Shown in pieces: positions 48,403 through 61,899 of a DNA stretch of 64,000 nt. This DNA comes from Cycas panzhihuaensis. Lineage: Eukaryota > Plantae > Cycadophyta. The stretch spans positions 192,207,741-192,271,740 of the forward strand of contig CM041465.1 in the NCBI GenBank assembly GCA_023213395.1, in the 5' to 3' direction. The number at the start of each line of letters is the position of its first letter. Position 1 is the first letter of the stretch. A program made the translations under genes and the position numbers. The notes beneath the pieces are model-generated. The model was given only the letters and a program-made list of their open reading frames with translations, ran no database searches and had not been told where the DNA came from.

Positions 48403-51400
48403 TCACTATGATGTGTTTACAAGGTCATTCAATATATATCTTCAAGAGCAATGGGAATTTGATAATATCCAGATTAGAGGTCTAATTTAGAGAAAATAGA
48501 AGCCCCATGAATTTATTTAATATATCATTAATTTGTGGAGTTGAGAATGTATTCTTGATAGTGACTTTATTTAGTTCTTGATAGTCAACACAAAGTTGAA
48601 AGGAGCCATCTTTCTTCTGAACAAGGATATTAGGGACTAGGCAAGGGCTTTTAGTAGGTTAAATTATTTCCATGTTAATGAGCTCATTGGTAATACATTT
48701 GATTTCATTTTTTTGGATATATGAATTTTGATAAGGGCATATGCTAATAGGGTTATGCAGGTTTGGAGATTGATGGTATGGTGAAAACTACGATTTAAGG
48801 AAAGTCACTAGGAATGGGGGGTAAAAACTGATTAATATTTGGTGAAGGTGGTTTATATGCCTAGGTGAATATGTAAATGAGGTTGAATATTATTAAGATG
48901 AACTATATATCTGTCATTGTTATTTAATTGTTTGGTCATTTGTTTACGAAAATTGAGCTTGTTTGGAGGTGATTAAAGATCATAAAGTTTGTGAGTTTGG
49001 CCAAATTAGTCTTTGAATAATATGAAAGGATTATTTGGAGAGTTATTAGTGCTATAGGTGCCAAGTGTTTAAGACAAGGCATAAAGCTTAGACTTCAATT
49101 GATAAGTGCCAATTTAGACATATAAATTCTTTATGGTCCCTATATAGTGAAAGGTATAATGGCATGCTAAGGAGCATGTGAAACCAATTTTTAATTTGAT
49201 GTATAGGTTGAGTTGTCTGGTTAGAAATTGACGAAGTTTAACAACATGCCACTATCAATCAATATGGTGATGGGAGTCTTCTTTAAAGTGCCTTTAACTT
49301 GGGAGCGGTTTAGGGTAAGTAGTAAAGGAAACAACTAATATAGACACTTTCAACTTAGGGTTGGGGAAGACTTTCAAGGGCGATTCTTCTTCAGTTTCAT
49401 TTTCATCTTCAAAGTCTTCATTAAGGGACATGGCAAGATCAATGGTGAATATCATTTTTCTTACTTTACAAACTTTACCATGACCAGGGGTTTATTTTCT
49501 TGCACACTAGATGTAAAGACTAGCTTCTTTGTGCTTGTGTATTTTTGTATGTGGTACTTGTTTTGACCTTGATGCTAGTTCTATTGTTGGTCATTTGACT
49601 ATGGGCCATTAGGGGTCTTTTGCTTGAAATCATGGTGGCTAGTATGGATTTGTTGGCTAAGGATGATTATACCATATAAAATCCATTCAAAAAGCAGGTG
49701 TTTATTCTGATGTGAATTTGGCCTTAATTATTTTGGCTCTGTTTATGGCTTCTCTTAAAGTAGGCAGTGGGTTGGTCTTCATTCATATCTAGATGCATTC
49801 CTTAAGTTTGGATACATATGTTTCCATAATTATTTATTGATCAAAGTTTTGGCTAACTCGATTCTAAAGAGCTTGAAACTCCATAGTGTAAGCTTTCATA
49901 GATAATGAATGTTTTAGTCGAGTGAGTTGGTTGAAGAAGGTCTAATTCCAAGTTTTTTTGTATTGTTCAAAGAAATATTTGTAAAATTGATCCTATGTTT
50001 GGCTATTCAAATATTCACAATTCCACCATTGGTGCCAGTGATGGGTCTTGTCCTCCAAGTGGATGGATGTAAATATTAATTGATCAATTTCAGTCATGGG
50101 ATTAAAAGCAAAATAAGAGTCCAATTTGTAGATTCAACTATGAGCAAAAGCTTTTTTAAGATGTAGATAAAAAAATGGCATGTTAATTTTGTGATTGAAT
50201 GTTTATTGATGAGGTGGCTAAGGAGGGGGGTGCCACCACTGTGTGAGCTACCAATCGAGTTAGATGCAGATGTGACATTATAAAATTGACATTCATAATT
50301 ACCATCTCCTTCATCATTTTTACAAAATCATTCTGGGTGACCAAATTTATTATATCTATTGTGATCTTGGTCATGCCATCTTTATGTGTATCCTACATAC
50401 TAATAAGTCATGTTTCCAATGCAGAGATGTGATTTTCCTAGGTCAGTGCCATCATTTATACAAAAGGAAAGAAGGATTTAATGAAGGGGGGATGAGGAAG
50501 AAAGAATGGGATGAATGAGTTAGGGATTAAATAAAAAGAATAAGATGACTAAGTTGGGGATCAGACCAAAAAAATGAGATTATAAAATTAAGAGATGATA
50601 TAAGGGAGAAGAGGGAAAAAAGGGTGGGAGGTGAGGTGTCTATAATATGTTAACCCCAAAAAATGAGTAATAAAATCACTTAGTGCACTAAGACAAGTGT
50701 GGAAAGCTCATCAAAATGGGATAGATAAATTTTACATAGAAAATTTGAGTTGTGGGATCCATAGGATGCCTATACTTTGTTTTTCTCAAAAGCAACTGCT
50801 AAAGTTAATCTAATGGAAAATGATTAGTGTGTTGTACTGATCTAAATAAGATGTATGATTGACTAATGGTAACTTATAAGTCATGGACTAGTTTTATTTT
50901 TTTTATCCCGAGTTTACTAGTGTAGGTTTCGTTTAACTCAAAGGGAGAACTATTCACTGAAGTGACCCTACAGATTCCTTTTTCTTTCTTTCATTTTTTT
51001 TCTTGTTGAGAGGTGGACACAGAATAAAAGTTAGACGCAACTAGGTATTAGACTCAAAAAGTTGTGCTAAAGGTTTGGATAGGAAGTATTTAGGCTTTAG
51101 TGCTCATATAACAAGCTTGTGTTATTATTACAGTACTATGCTATTACTATATTTCAGGTTTGTGTTGTGTACTATCTTGTAGGAGTACCAATAGGAAGTA
51201 GAGCAGTATCAACAATTTATATTTAGATATATATTAGTCTCAACAATTTTGTATTTTATTTGGATGTACAATAGTTTTATCAATTTTATATTGTACTTAG
51301 AAATGCCCAAGACTTAAGAAATATGGTGCACTTGATTCTACAAGCCCCTCAATAAACTTCCTAGTCATTACTACTACTCAGCTTAATCTCTCATGGCACC

Positions 51401-52346
51401 AACTATAGAGGAAATCCATTCTCGTAGTCATTATATCCATGCTAGGGTGTTCGTGAGAAGTAAATTTTTGATGCTAACTTCTAACCGATACACTATAGAG
51501 GATATGTGACTGATAGTTTTCCTAAACTAGGTAAGGCAAAAAGAACCTATAAGGGTTCTCTGATATACCTAAAGGAACATAGAGGCTCAATTCTATAGTA
51601 AGGATTTACCTAAGGCCTACGTAAGTAGTGTTATCCACTTCACTTCATGCACATGCATATACCCATATACATTTGGTTGAAAATGACATATCCCTATGAT
51701 ATTTAAATATCTTTAGTACAAAGTCTCTACCTAAAAATTAGGGGATATGGGAGGGAGGGATCTTGCTACCTGCCTGTAGCTTATTATAGGATTTTAGAAA
51801 ATAATAGTAACACAGAAAATAGAAATGAAAGTAGAAGATAGTTTTTATAAATTCACCAAGGGTATAATAAAATCCTAATTTTTATACTCCTCTTGTTAAA
51901 TTGTTTCTTTGGGTGGATTTGAACATAGTTCTGATACCACTTGGGATGGTTCCAACTAGTAATTTTGCTCCAACTTATAATAAGGAGCTTAAGAAAAAGC
52001 ACAAAAGTGCAACTATTAGATTTTTATTGATGAATTTTATTCAACAAAATATTACAAGAGGATAAAGGACACTTGCAAAAGCACCAAAATAGATATTAAA
52101 TTCATACAGTGTACGATATTATAAATAAACTAAAAAATATATAATCTTTTTTTACAAATATTCAGCCTTAAATAGGCAAAATTGGCTAATTTCCATAAAA
52201 TCTTATTGATAGGGCATTTAGCCTTCAATCCCATTGATAGACTTTTACGACTTGTTCACACATATTAATAGTTAACATTAACCTTTCTCCACCTTAGTCA
52301 TATGCACAGGTGCTCATATTCTACTAGTTGTAATAATTATGTAACA
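38238..52346 (-). mobile_element. Degenerate chromovirus-type Ty3/Gypsy element C inserted in the integrase of A; integrase core to PPT deleted; partly triplicated
   Basis: LTRs 38238-~38602 and 51942-52346; perfect TSD GAGTT (38233-38237, 52347-52351); tRNA-iMet PBS 51928-51939; gag ~49500-50370, protease ITILIDSG ~49250, RT ~48200-48760, RH, INT zinc finger GGHS..KT. Confidence 0.88.
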
Positions 52347-53688
52347 GAGTTGTTGAGTACATGAATGAAACTTTGGTTGAAAGAGCCAAAGCTATGATGG
52401 AAGACAAGGATGTAACAAATTTTTAGTAGAATTTGTAAATACAACTACATATTTGGCAAACTAAAGTATTGAGGGTTGTTAGCAATATAACACTTAAGGA
52501 GGCTTAGTTAGATAAGAAGATGATTGTTTATCATCTAAGAATTTTGAGTGTATAATATACACATATAGCCCCAATGAGAAACAACAATAGTTGTACGATA
52601 AAAGCATCAAGTGCATTCTTGTTAGATACTTTGATGATGTAAACCATAAAGAGTATGTGAGTTGTCAACTCAAAAAGTCTAAACAACTCATGATATAATC
52701 TTCCATGAAGATGAGGATCTGGATATTGGTTCAATTGATATTGAGGACTAGGTTGAGAAGTTGCTTGAATGCAATTCTTCACATGATCTTATTCAATTTC
52801 AATATAATTCATTTAACATTGGTGAAGTAGGCAAGTTAGAGTCCTTTTAGTTCTTAGAATCAAAATCTGAGGAGAAGCTAAAGATAGAGGTGAAAAGAAG
52901 TCAGACAAACTGTCTATACCTTCACTTTCATCTTCTGAGAAAAACCTTTTGAAACGGTATTAAAAAACTATGGAGGATGTTGAAAAGTTATTACCCAAAC
53001 AATGATGAAGAACCATTTACTATTAAAGAAGTCATCAAAGAGCAAAAATGCAATGATGCTATGGATACTAAAATCTAGGTTATTAAGAAGAACCACACAT
53101 AAGATATTATCAAATTATTTGCTAGCAAGTATGCAATCGACTGCAAATGGATCTAGAAGACTAAGTTTAAATCTAATGAATATATAGACAAATTTAAAAC
53201 TCAACTTATAGCAAAAGGTCTCAAGCAACAAGCAAGAATTGATTAGCAAGAAACATTTATTCATATTACAAAGATGAATATTATTTATTTCATTGTAGCA
53301 TTAATTGCACAATTCAATTGGCAGCTTCACTAGATGGATGTGAAAAATACATTCTTGAATGGGTATTTAATAGAAGAATTCTACATGGAGCAGCTTGTTG
53401 GAAAAATTAAGAACACTTGGTATGTTAAATCTAGGCGGTCTTGTATGGCCTAAAATAAGCTCCTGGAGCTTGATATGAAAAGATTGATCAACACTCTCAA
53501 AGGAATATGTTTGAGAGATCTCTAGTTGACTCCAACCTATATATCAAAGCCATAAATGATAAAACCATATTTATGGTGTTCTATGTTGATGATCTACTGA
53601 CCATGGTTAATGATACTGATATAATATTATACTTGAAAGTAGATCTTCAAAATGGTTGATTGTAAACTAACACCTACCCTATGGAGAC

Positions 53689-53859
53689 AGGTTCCAAATT
53701 AACAATGAAAGATGGTGGAGAAAATGTTGATCCAATGATGTGCAAATAACTAGTGGAAAGTTTAATATATCTTATAGGTTCCAAATTAATAATGGAAGAT
53801 GGTGGAGACAATGTTGATCTAATGATGTGCAAATAACTAGTGGAAAGTTTAATATATCT
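53689..53859. repeat. 87-bp direct duplication inside the RT remnant of A
   Basis: AGGTTCCAAATTAA.AATG.AAGATGGTGGAGA...TTTAATATATCT at 53689 and 53776. Confidence 0.9.
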
Positions 53860-54584
53860 GATTACTACTAAGCCTAATATTTTATTTGTAGTTAGAATTA
53901 TGTCTAGGTTTATAGCAATGCTAAAATAGAGTCATTAAAAAATTGCAAAGAGAATTCTTAAATACTTAAAGAAAACAAGTTAATGTGGGTTTAAATTCAA
54001 GTATAATGATAAATATAAGTTAATAAAATCCTTATATTCTGATTGGGCTATATGTGTAGAAATTATAAAATTAACTTTTGGATATTGTTTTAGTTTGAGT
54101 TCAATTGATATCACTTGGAGCAGTGAAAAGAAATCAAATGCTTATTTTCCCTCTACTGAAGCAGAGTACAAGGCTATAGTTGTAGCTTCTACTGAAACCA
54201 TTTAGTTATGAAAGATTCTAGAGAACATGGAATTACTACAATTAGAACTAATTGTCTTATACTATGACAATCAAAGTACATTGAAGATTGTGAATAATCT
54301 TCTATTCCATATTCACATCAAATATATTTAAGTGTACCATCACTTTATCTATAAGCTAATTCTTAAATGAGACATTGAGATGGCGTATAGGCCTATAAAA
54401 GAATAATTGCCTGACATTTTCACCAAATCACTAGCACATAATAGATTTTAGACTTCCAGGGATGGTGTAGGTGCCAAAATAAATGAAATAAGCATTAAGG
54501 GGGAGTGTTGATATTTAATATTTATTATAGCTCATAACATTAGGTTATGAGCTTCCATTTTAATTTTTGTATTTTAATAGTTAT

Positions 54585-56982
54585 TGTTGGGGTTAATGAT
54601 CATCACCCCACTCATACTTTTCACCCAAGAATGCACACATCACTCCCATCAATTTACACATGTGGGTGCTCACATGTGAAGGTAAGTATAAGGCAAGGTT
54701 AAAGCTAATTTGAGTTAAGCCATGTAATATTTTATTATTGTTTAAATTCTAAGGGTTGAAGAGTTTCCCTCCTCCCCCAAATTATATATTTGGGGGAGTG
54801 TGCAACTCTGGTGTCTTTTAAACACCGTCTACATTTAGAGATTTGCTATGTACTCACTCATCATGAATTGAATACAAAAGATTTATGTGTTTATACAATA
54901 ATATATTGATTATGTGATTATGATCTATCATGTCTCTATCGTTTATAATCCTTCATTTGATATCAGAGTATATATTACTGACCTGTTGAAGTTTTTTTTT
55001 AGAAGAAAGAAGATTTATTAGTATTTGAAGCAGATCTACTTACAGTAATGAAATATTGGTTATATTCATTTTTTGCAAAGTTTATTAATAGTTTCTTGTA
55101 TTATTTCTCATCAAGATATGATTATTCTTGATTTGTACTTGTGAAATAACAAATATTTTTCAGATCTGTGCAGGAGCATAGCTGCAATCAGCAAATTGTC
55201 TTCTACACCTTTCTTGAGGAGTTCTTTATTTCATTTCCCATTGATTATTTATAACACATGTTTAAGGTTTTTATTTAACTTTCATATATCTTCTCTTAAG
55301 CTAAGTTATAACAGAAATTACTCATATACATCTAAAGCAAGTGACCAACCAAGTGGACCTGCAACTTAAATGGATACAATTTATTTTTTAAAGTTTTTTC
55401 TTCATATTCTTTATCTTTCAAAGTGAAAATATACATATATATTTTGGTTTTTCAACATTATATATCTTCTTCAACGCAAAAAGATTGCTTATATTAAAAA
55501 AGAAAGCTATTTTTTTGCTCAAAAGCTTAAAGATTATTTATTTTTTATCATCAAAAGTCTTATTTCAGATCTACATGTTTTAAAGATCTTAGTTATTTTT
55601 TAAATTTGCTTATATATTCATTATATTTCAAAGTTTATTTTAAATGCATACACTTATTGAAAGCATTTTTTCCATTTATCATTATTGAACAATTCATTTC
55701 TTTATTACACTTATAAAATTTGTATCTATCTTTCATTTTTTCAAAGGCATTGTGATTACTTGCATAGTTCTTTCAAAAAGTATATTTGAAATTATATAAA
55801 TTTGTTGATTTATTGAGTTCTTTGATTGAGAAATACAAAAAGCTCATTTGGTAAAAGCATATCTTTTTGTTTATGTACTAAAGTTTTCAATACAAAGGGT
55901 AATCAATCTAAACAAGATACAATTCCCTATATTTGATAGCCATAATTTTTCACAATAGCATAAAACAATGCAAAGTTATTTCATTACAAATGATCTTTGG
56001 ACATACTTACAAGATGAATATGATCTTAATATTAAAGAAAACTTTAAAAAGGACGATGATGTCTTAGGGATATTACTTTACACTATAGATAATAATGTGT
56101 TTTCTAAAGTTTGTGAACTGACAACTTCCAAATCTGTATGGGACATCTTAATTTCTACTTACGGAGAAAATTTCCTCAAAGTAAATGAATTTAACATTAA
56201 TATTATTGAGCATATGAGATAGGTGCCAGAGCAGGTGGATTGTAATGAAAAAACCAAGGAACAAAATTCAAGTCAAATGCATGATCATCTTGTTGTATAA
56301 GAACTTGATCCTCCATTTGAGAGGGAGAAATCTAATGATATGATAGTTACTTACAACACAAAGATTCCAAGAGACAAACTCAAAGTTCTAGAAGATAGAG
56401 TTGCAGCTATTCACCTTCATACAAATCAAGCTACATTTACTTAGAGATTTTTTGAACCACTCAATGGTGAAATGACATATATTGCTAAAAGGATAAAGCG
56501 AGTTAATAGTGATCAAGCTAAAAGATAAATTTTCAAAAATTTTTTCAAGTTCAAATTTTACAAGTTCAAAGATAAGACAAAGTTATTAGTGATGACCATT
56601 AAGAGGGAGAATGCTGGAGTTAATGATTATCACCTCACTCCTACATTTTATCCAGGAGTACACACTCCACTTCCACCAATTTATACATGTGACTGCTCAC
56701 ATGTGAATGTAAGTATAAAGTAATGTTAAAGTTAATTTGAGTTAAGTTATGTAATATTTTATTATTGTTTGAATTCTAGAGGTTGAGGAGTTTCCATCCT
56801 CCCCCAAATTATATATTTAGAGGAGTGTGTAACCCTGGTATCTTTTAGACACCGCCTACATTTGGAGATTTGTTATGTACTCACTCATCATGGATTGAAT
56901 ACAAAAAATTTGTGTGTTTATGCAATAATGTATTGATTATGTGATTATGCTCTACCTTGTCTCCATCGTTTATAATCTTTCA
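54585..56982 (+). mobile_element. Gag-only (TR-GAG-like) Copia element, cargo-free relative of 486-6238, inserted in the 3' LTR of A
   Basis: 371-bp LTRs 54585-54955 and 56612-56982; perfect TSD GTTAT; degenerate PBS TTTGATATCAGAG; PPT AAGAGGGAGAA; LTR, leader and gag homologous to 486-6238. Confidence 0.95.
55896..56611 (+). pseudogene. gag: gag remnant, homologue of 885-1592
   Basis: Start codon ATG>AGG at 55896; MQSYFITNDLWTYLQDEY...TTSKSVWDILISTYG...IEHMR*VPEQVDC...DQAKR.IF..FYKFK...MTIKREN. Confidence 0.85.
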
Positions 56983-59900
56983 GTTATTAATTTTTTAATA
57001 ATATGTGAATATATAAGCCATTGGGGGTTTACACTTCCATCTCATGTGCATTGATCCTTTTGGAATCAATATTTCAATTAGGTTTATGTAAAAACACATA
57101 TTGTACATTATAAAGAAGAATAAGAGGAATTAATGGAATGGGATTTATTTTTTATTTTGTAAAATTAATTTTCATTAAGTAAATAAGTTAATTCACCTAT
57201 TTAGATTTTCTCCACATTAGTTTTGAATTCCTATAGGGAGGAGACCCATTATTAAATAAAAATTTATGAAGAAACAATATAAAGGATTTTAGCATTATTG
57301 AACAATTATGCTTAAAACATTTTTTTCAATTCCCCAGATAGATGTGTTTAGAAAAATTAGCTTTAGGACACTTGAGAACTATCAAAGATGTTTTTCGGAA
57401 TGGCTTTGAGAAAAAAATTAGTGCAAAATTAATGAAAACTTAGTGTGGAATTGTTATGGAATGGTTTTAAAACATCTGGGATGGTGCAAACTAGAAAACA
57501 AGCTCTCAAGGAATAGTTCTCTTTATACAGTGGAACAATTTTAAGAATAGTGAATTATTCTAGAATGACAAATGTTTTGTAGAAGATAATTATACATTAA
57601 AACTTCTAAATAGAGATTATACAAATATATGGAAAGGCATTTTACTATCATTAATTAGGTTTTTATATTATAAAAAATTAAATTCTATGTTGTAACGTTA
57701 CACAATTTTAGGTTCTTAGCTATGTAAAAGAGTATAATTAGGTCATTTTCCCTATTGGTTTAATGTTGAGAGCTAAGTGATTGACTTATATATCATACTC
57801 TCTAGGGTGAGAGCTACATAATAAGTGTAATGTAATGATCTAACAAGTGTATTTAATGTTGACTAATGTAATAATCGAGTTATGAGGAAGATATTGTGTG
57901 TTTTATGTGATTGATGATCGATGGCTTGTGTGATAATTAAGAATGTTATTATAGGACTAGGAGGAAACAAGATGGATACATTAGCAGGTAGTTTCAAGAT
58001 GTCAATGGGATAATTAGTAGTCAATAGGCTACAATGCCCACCTTCCCTAACCCTTTTTGTAGAGTTCTTTTATTGTTGTTTTGGGAGGTTGTTCTAAATT
58101 TCCCATAAGTTCTACACTTGGCAAGGCAACCACCAACTTTTATCATGATGTAAGATCTGTTCCTGATATTGAAATCAATTAGAGATTTAGGTCAAATTCT
58201 CACCAAATAAAAGATTGTATAAGTTATTAAAATTGATGCTGTTGGTGATAGTTAAATAATATTAGTAATGTAAAGTAAGGAAGAGTGCAATTTGAACAAT
58301 TTCTTATCTTTCTACCTAAACCACATAAGCCCCATCCTCTCCTAAGCAAGAACCATTAATTCCTTGATTGTACATGACCAAGAATACAATTTTCCATATA
58401 GGATGTAGTAGCAATATAGAAGATATCACCATCTCTTCATCATTCAACTGTTATCAAATAAGCAACTCCAAACTTCTCTCTTAATAATTATACTCATGTA
58501 GACATGAAGAATAGAGGAAGGAGATGAATAGGATGCGTGCATATGCAATACACTAAAAGTGCATAGAACGACCATCTCATGTCAATTCCCACCATGGATA
58601 TTTACAATTTCTAGTAAGCATATAATGTGAAAAACATCAATTTGCCTAACCATAACCAAAACAACCTTTTAAAAATGTGTTGAAACCTAGAATTACATGT
58701 CTTACATACTATATGAAGCTCACATTAAATGCATAGAGGCCATATCCTAAGATTCTTCATGCTTAACACTCACACATTCCCAAGCAAAATAAAATTTTTG
58801 TGTTGAATGATTAGCCCTTGAGAATTTCTTGCTTGAAGGCAAAGCATACAATCCATTTGTTGCACTTGAACCCATGGCTACAACTCAAAAAGAAGACAAA
58901 CAAAACTATAGCAATCCTACAATGTTAGATGAAAGTATCCATCAATTTAATAATCCCATCAAATTTCTAACTTTTTTTTGGAATAGTCATCAAAGAATGG
59001 CATCAATTTATCCTCACATACTAACAACAAAACCAAAAATAAAACCTTCATGCATGCAAAGTGGATGGAATTCTACAAAACACAATAGTGATATGTTTTG
59101 TGCATGTAAAGACAATAACAGCGTGATACATAAATTTGACCAAAGATACTCGCATGGTTTAATTTAGTGCACGGAAACAAGTGAAAAAGTTCATAAAACA
59201 AAATAACATTAAAGGGAGAAATCTAGCAAATGTGGGTATCAATAACCCCATAGATTTTTCAAGGCTGCAAAGTGATAAAAATTAGAGTGGGAGGAAATAC
59301 ACTCTTTTTCGATCCCAAAATAATGAGAATCATATAAAGGTCTTAGGAATTATTGAGGAATGCCTCATTTATGTCTATGGTAGATGTTTTGTTAAAAGGG
59401 AACAATTTTTAGTTATAGGATTATTCATCAATTATATCTAATAACAACAAATATTGGATTCAATTGCTACCACATTAATAAAATATATCTATTGCAATTA
59501 ACCACAATTTATAGATAAGTTTATTATTGAATATTTTACATTAGCCCCTTACTATCCTTTCTTGGAAGGGCAATATAATTCCATTTATGCATGCATAGAA
59601 AATATAATGTCAATCTCCAAAGCCAAGTGCTCAACTTATTATATTCATGTCTTAATGTTCAAAGAGTCCATCAACATTAATTTACTTCCAACTCTTAAAT
59701 TTGTGACTAAAAAGACCAACTCCCATAAAACACTCTACACAGTGATACTTAAATTCCTAATTATCATTAACATGCATTCTAGGATTTGCGGGAAACAAAA
59801 TTTAAGTAACACTATCAACTTACAAAATAAATCCAAATGTTATGAACCTTATTAGGATGTTAAAATTCCCAATTAATATATAGTTTCCTATTTGGTTCAT

Positions 59901-61293
59901 TACACTAAACACTTAATACCTAATCATCATATGTATACATTAAGAAATTAACTCTCCCATAATCTAGGATGAATAAATATAAGTTGAGATCATGGCATGT
60001 CCCCATAAATTTAAGCCAAGTGATAATTATTCTCAACATGATTAAAACTTGTAAAAGTCGACCATTAAAACCCTTTCACAATGCAAACATTGAAAATACA
60101 CAATCACTCAAAGAACCATGAATATTTGATTATGATGCACCTTTAATTCACTTGTAACATAGGACACAAACCCCTAGATACCTATCACTTGGCATTGTCT
60201 TTCTAGGGTCATTTATATTTTACATAAGAACAAAAGAGCAATCAAACCTATAGCTTTTTCCCATGAAATGTGGGGCACCTTAAGTTCGTGAAGATTTCTT
60301 AAGCCAGTTCTTGAAGATGGGGGCTGACACTTTCCCCCACTTACTTAAGGGACTTTCAATATATGTATAACACATTTAGCAGACAAAACTATTATTATTC
60401 AAGTGATCCAAGCCCCAAGTTGAATGGGGATGAAACAAAATGCCAAGCCCTAACCTTATGGCCTCTTGCCATTTGCAATACCTACAAATGTTAGCATGGA
60501 GGGAACCTTAGTTACTACTACAATGGATGGGAAAGAGAAGGATACAACTTTATTATTTGTTCACAACATACGTTTCAAGGGCAAAATATTTGACTTGTTA
60601 ACCATAAGCCCATAATATTTTTAATTACCTTTTTAACATACTGGGTAGATTATAAAGGATACAAATTGGACTTGAATGTGCCTAATCCAACCTTTGCAAT
60701 ATTCTCCACTATCTTAGAAAGCACCACAACCTTCAAATTAGGTGCATTAAAGACCAATCTTTAGCAATTATAATATACCCCTTAATATTGACCATTTTGA
60801 CTTACAGACATCTTTTAGATTAAGTTACACACAATTAAAAGAACACCTTCATTCTTATAAGGATAACTACAACTTTGACTTACATTGATAATCATGCAAA
60901 TAAAATTAAATAGGAAGATGGCACTTATTCTAAATGTGAATTTGTAACTACAATATAAATGTGTTTAATTTTCTACTTTGTTTGTCAAAATCACATTAAT
61001 ACTAAGTTTAGAAGTGGTTTCAATATTATAAATCAATAGGCTCAATTTTCCATCATTTACATCAAAGATTCAATTTAATGTTAAATTTTCCAAAAAGAAG
61101 AGTCACTCATATAAGCATTTTGATATCCCATTTATATGTGCTAATTAAAAATTAAATGCATGGCATATATTCTAAATGGTAGCTCCATTTTCTTTTGCTT
61201 AAGATTATTCTATAGCCCATTACATAATAGCTGTAGAAAATTTAAGAAGACTTTACCATTGTCATGTGCTCTATGCCACTAACTCATGAGATG

Positions 61294-61500
61294 CTACAAG
61301 TAGAATTGAATAAGCTCATCACTTACTGCTGATGGTGTTAACACACCCAAGTCTGTGAATAAGAGTGTAAGATATTGTGGAGGGGTGTAATCCCTTATGG
61401 AAGATTCTACCTCTACTAAAGAAGGAACAAATGCTCCAAAGTTTATTTCACATGAAGCAAGGGTTGTGTCTCTTTGGTCAAGAGGATAGAGCCGGGAAAA
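61294..61500 (-). CDS. EIF2B1: Terminal coding exon of translation initiation factor eIF2B subunit alpha
   Basis: FSRLYPLDQRD...RDYTPPQYLTLLFTDLGVLTPSAVSDELIQFYL* is the conserved eIF2B-alpha C-terminus; phase-0 acceptor ...AAACTGCAG at 61501-61502; upstream exons not recognised in the window. Confidence 0.95.
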   Translation of the reverse strand, partial: FSRLYPLDQRDTTLASCEINFGAFVPSLVEVESSIRDYTPPQYLTLLFTDLGVLTPSAVSDELIQFYL

Positions 61501-61899
61501 CTGCAGTTTAATCACAAGATAACAAAATTAAGAGTCAAATCTTAGATGTAAAAAAAAATTTGATATAAGAAAGAAATTAATGCCATATATGTAGCACATT
61601 AACTCTTGAGAAATATGCTAGAAGGGAACATGGTATTTATGTGTGTTGCTTGTGATTCTTATGAGTTTCAAATCAAAACAAACCCTCTAGTTATATGAGA
61701 TAATTCACATAATATAAAAGTAAGAGTTTAATCATTGGCATTATTGTAAAACAAACTCTCAACTATTAAATAAAGAAAGATATAAAGGAGGAATACTTAA
61801 AATGCAAGAGAGTTATAATGAGAGTTTGGAAAACTTGTACCAAAAAGAAGTCATTACATGTTTGAGGGGAGTAGGGCTTCTTTGTTGTCACATGTCTAT

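Larger units (their letters stand above)
20179..57235 (+). mobile_element. Degenerate Ty1/Copia element A, host of three nested elements
   Basis: LTR 20179-~20501 matches 54509-57235 once the 54585-56982 insert is removed; near-TSD AGGAG/GGGAG; gag ATG 21766 (ENYIAWKH|HMFSFFHLNDL*KYV joined across B); protease/INT to 38237, resuming at 52352 (NGV|VEYMNETLVERAKAM); RT/RH ~53000-54500; PPT AAGGGGGAG 54497-54505. Confidence 0.85.
10517..58026 (+). mobile_element. Old degenerate Athila/Tat-like Gypsy (D), same family as Y; split by nested insertions; 5' end not seen
   Basis: Zinc knuckle PIGKCLFCFKSEHWRSNCP ~10560, protease ~11230, RT ~13250-13900, RH, INT to 15525 resuming at ~18206 (LVYGLEVIISYEFEIP) to 18625, extra ORF ~19320-20170; resumes after 57240 with a pre-LTR segment homologous to Y and a putative 3' LTR from 57343 (right end approximate). 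Confidence 0.75.

Noticed and set aside
58030-61200. ORFs 58829-59167 and 59562-59855, or a DNA-transposon relic
   Set aside because: No convincing transposase or host motifs and no TIRs identified by eye
61501-61515. ORF-track start MIKLQ as the N-terminus of the 73-aa protein
   Set aside because: Intronic; the exon starts after the acceptor, at 61500
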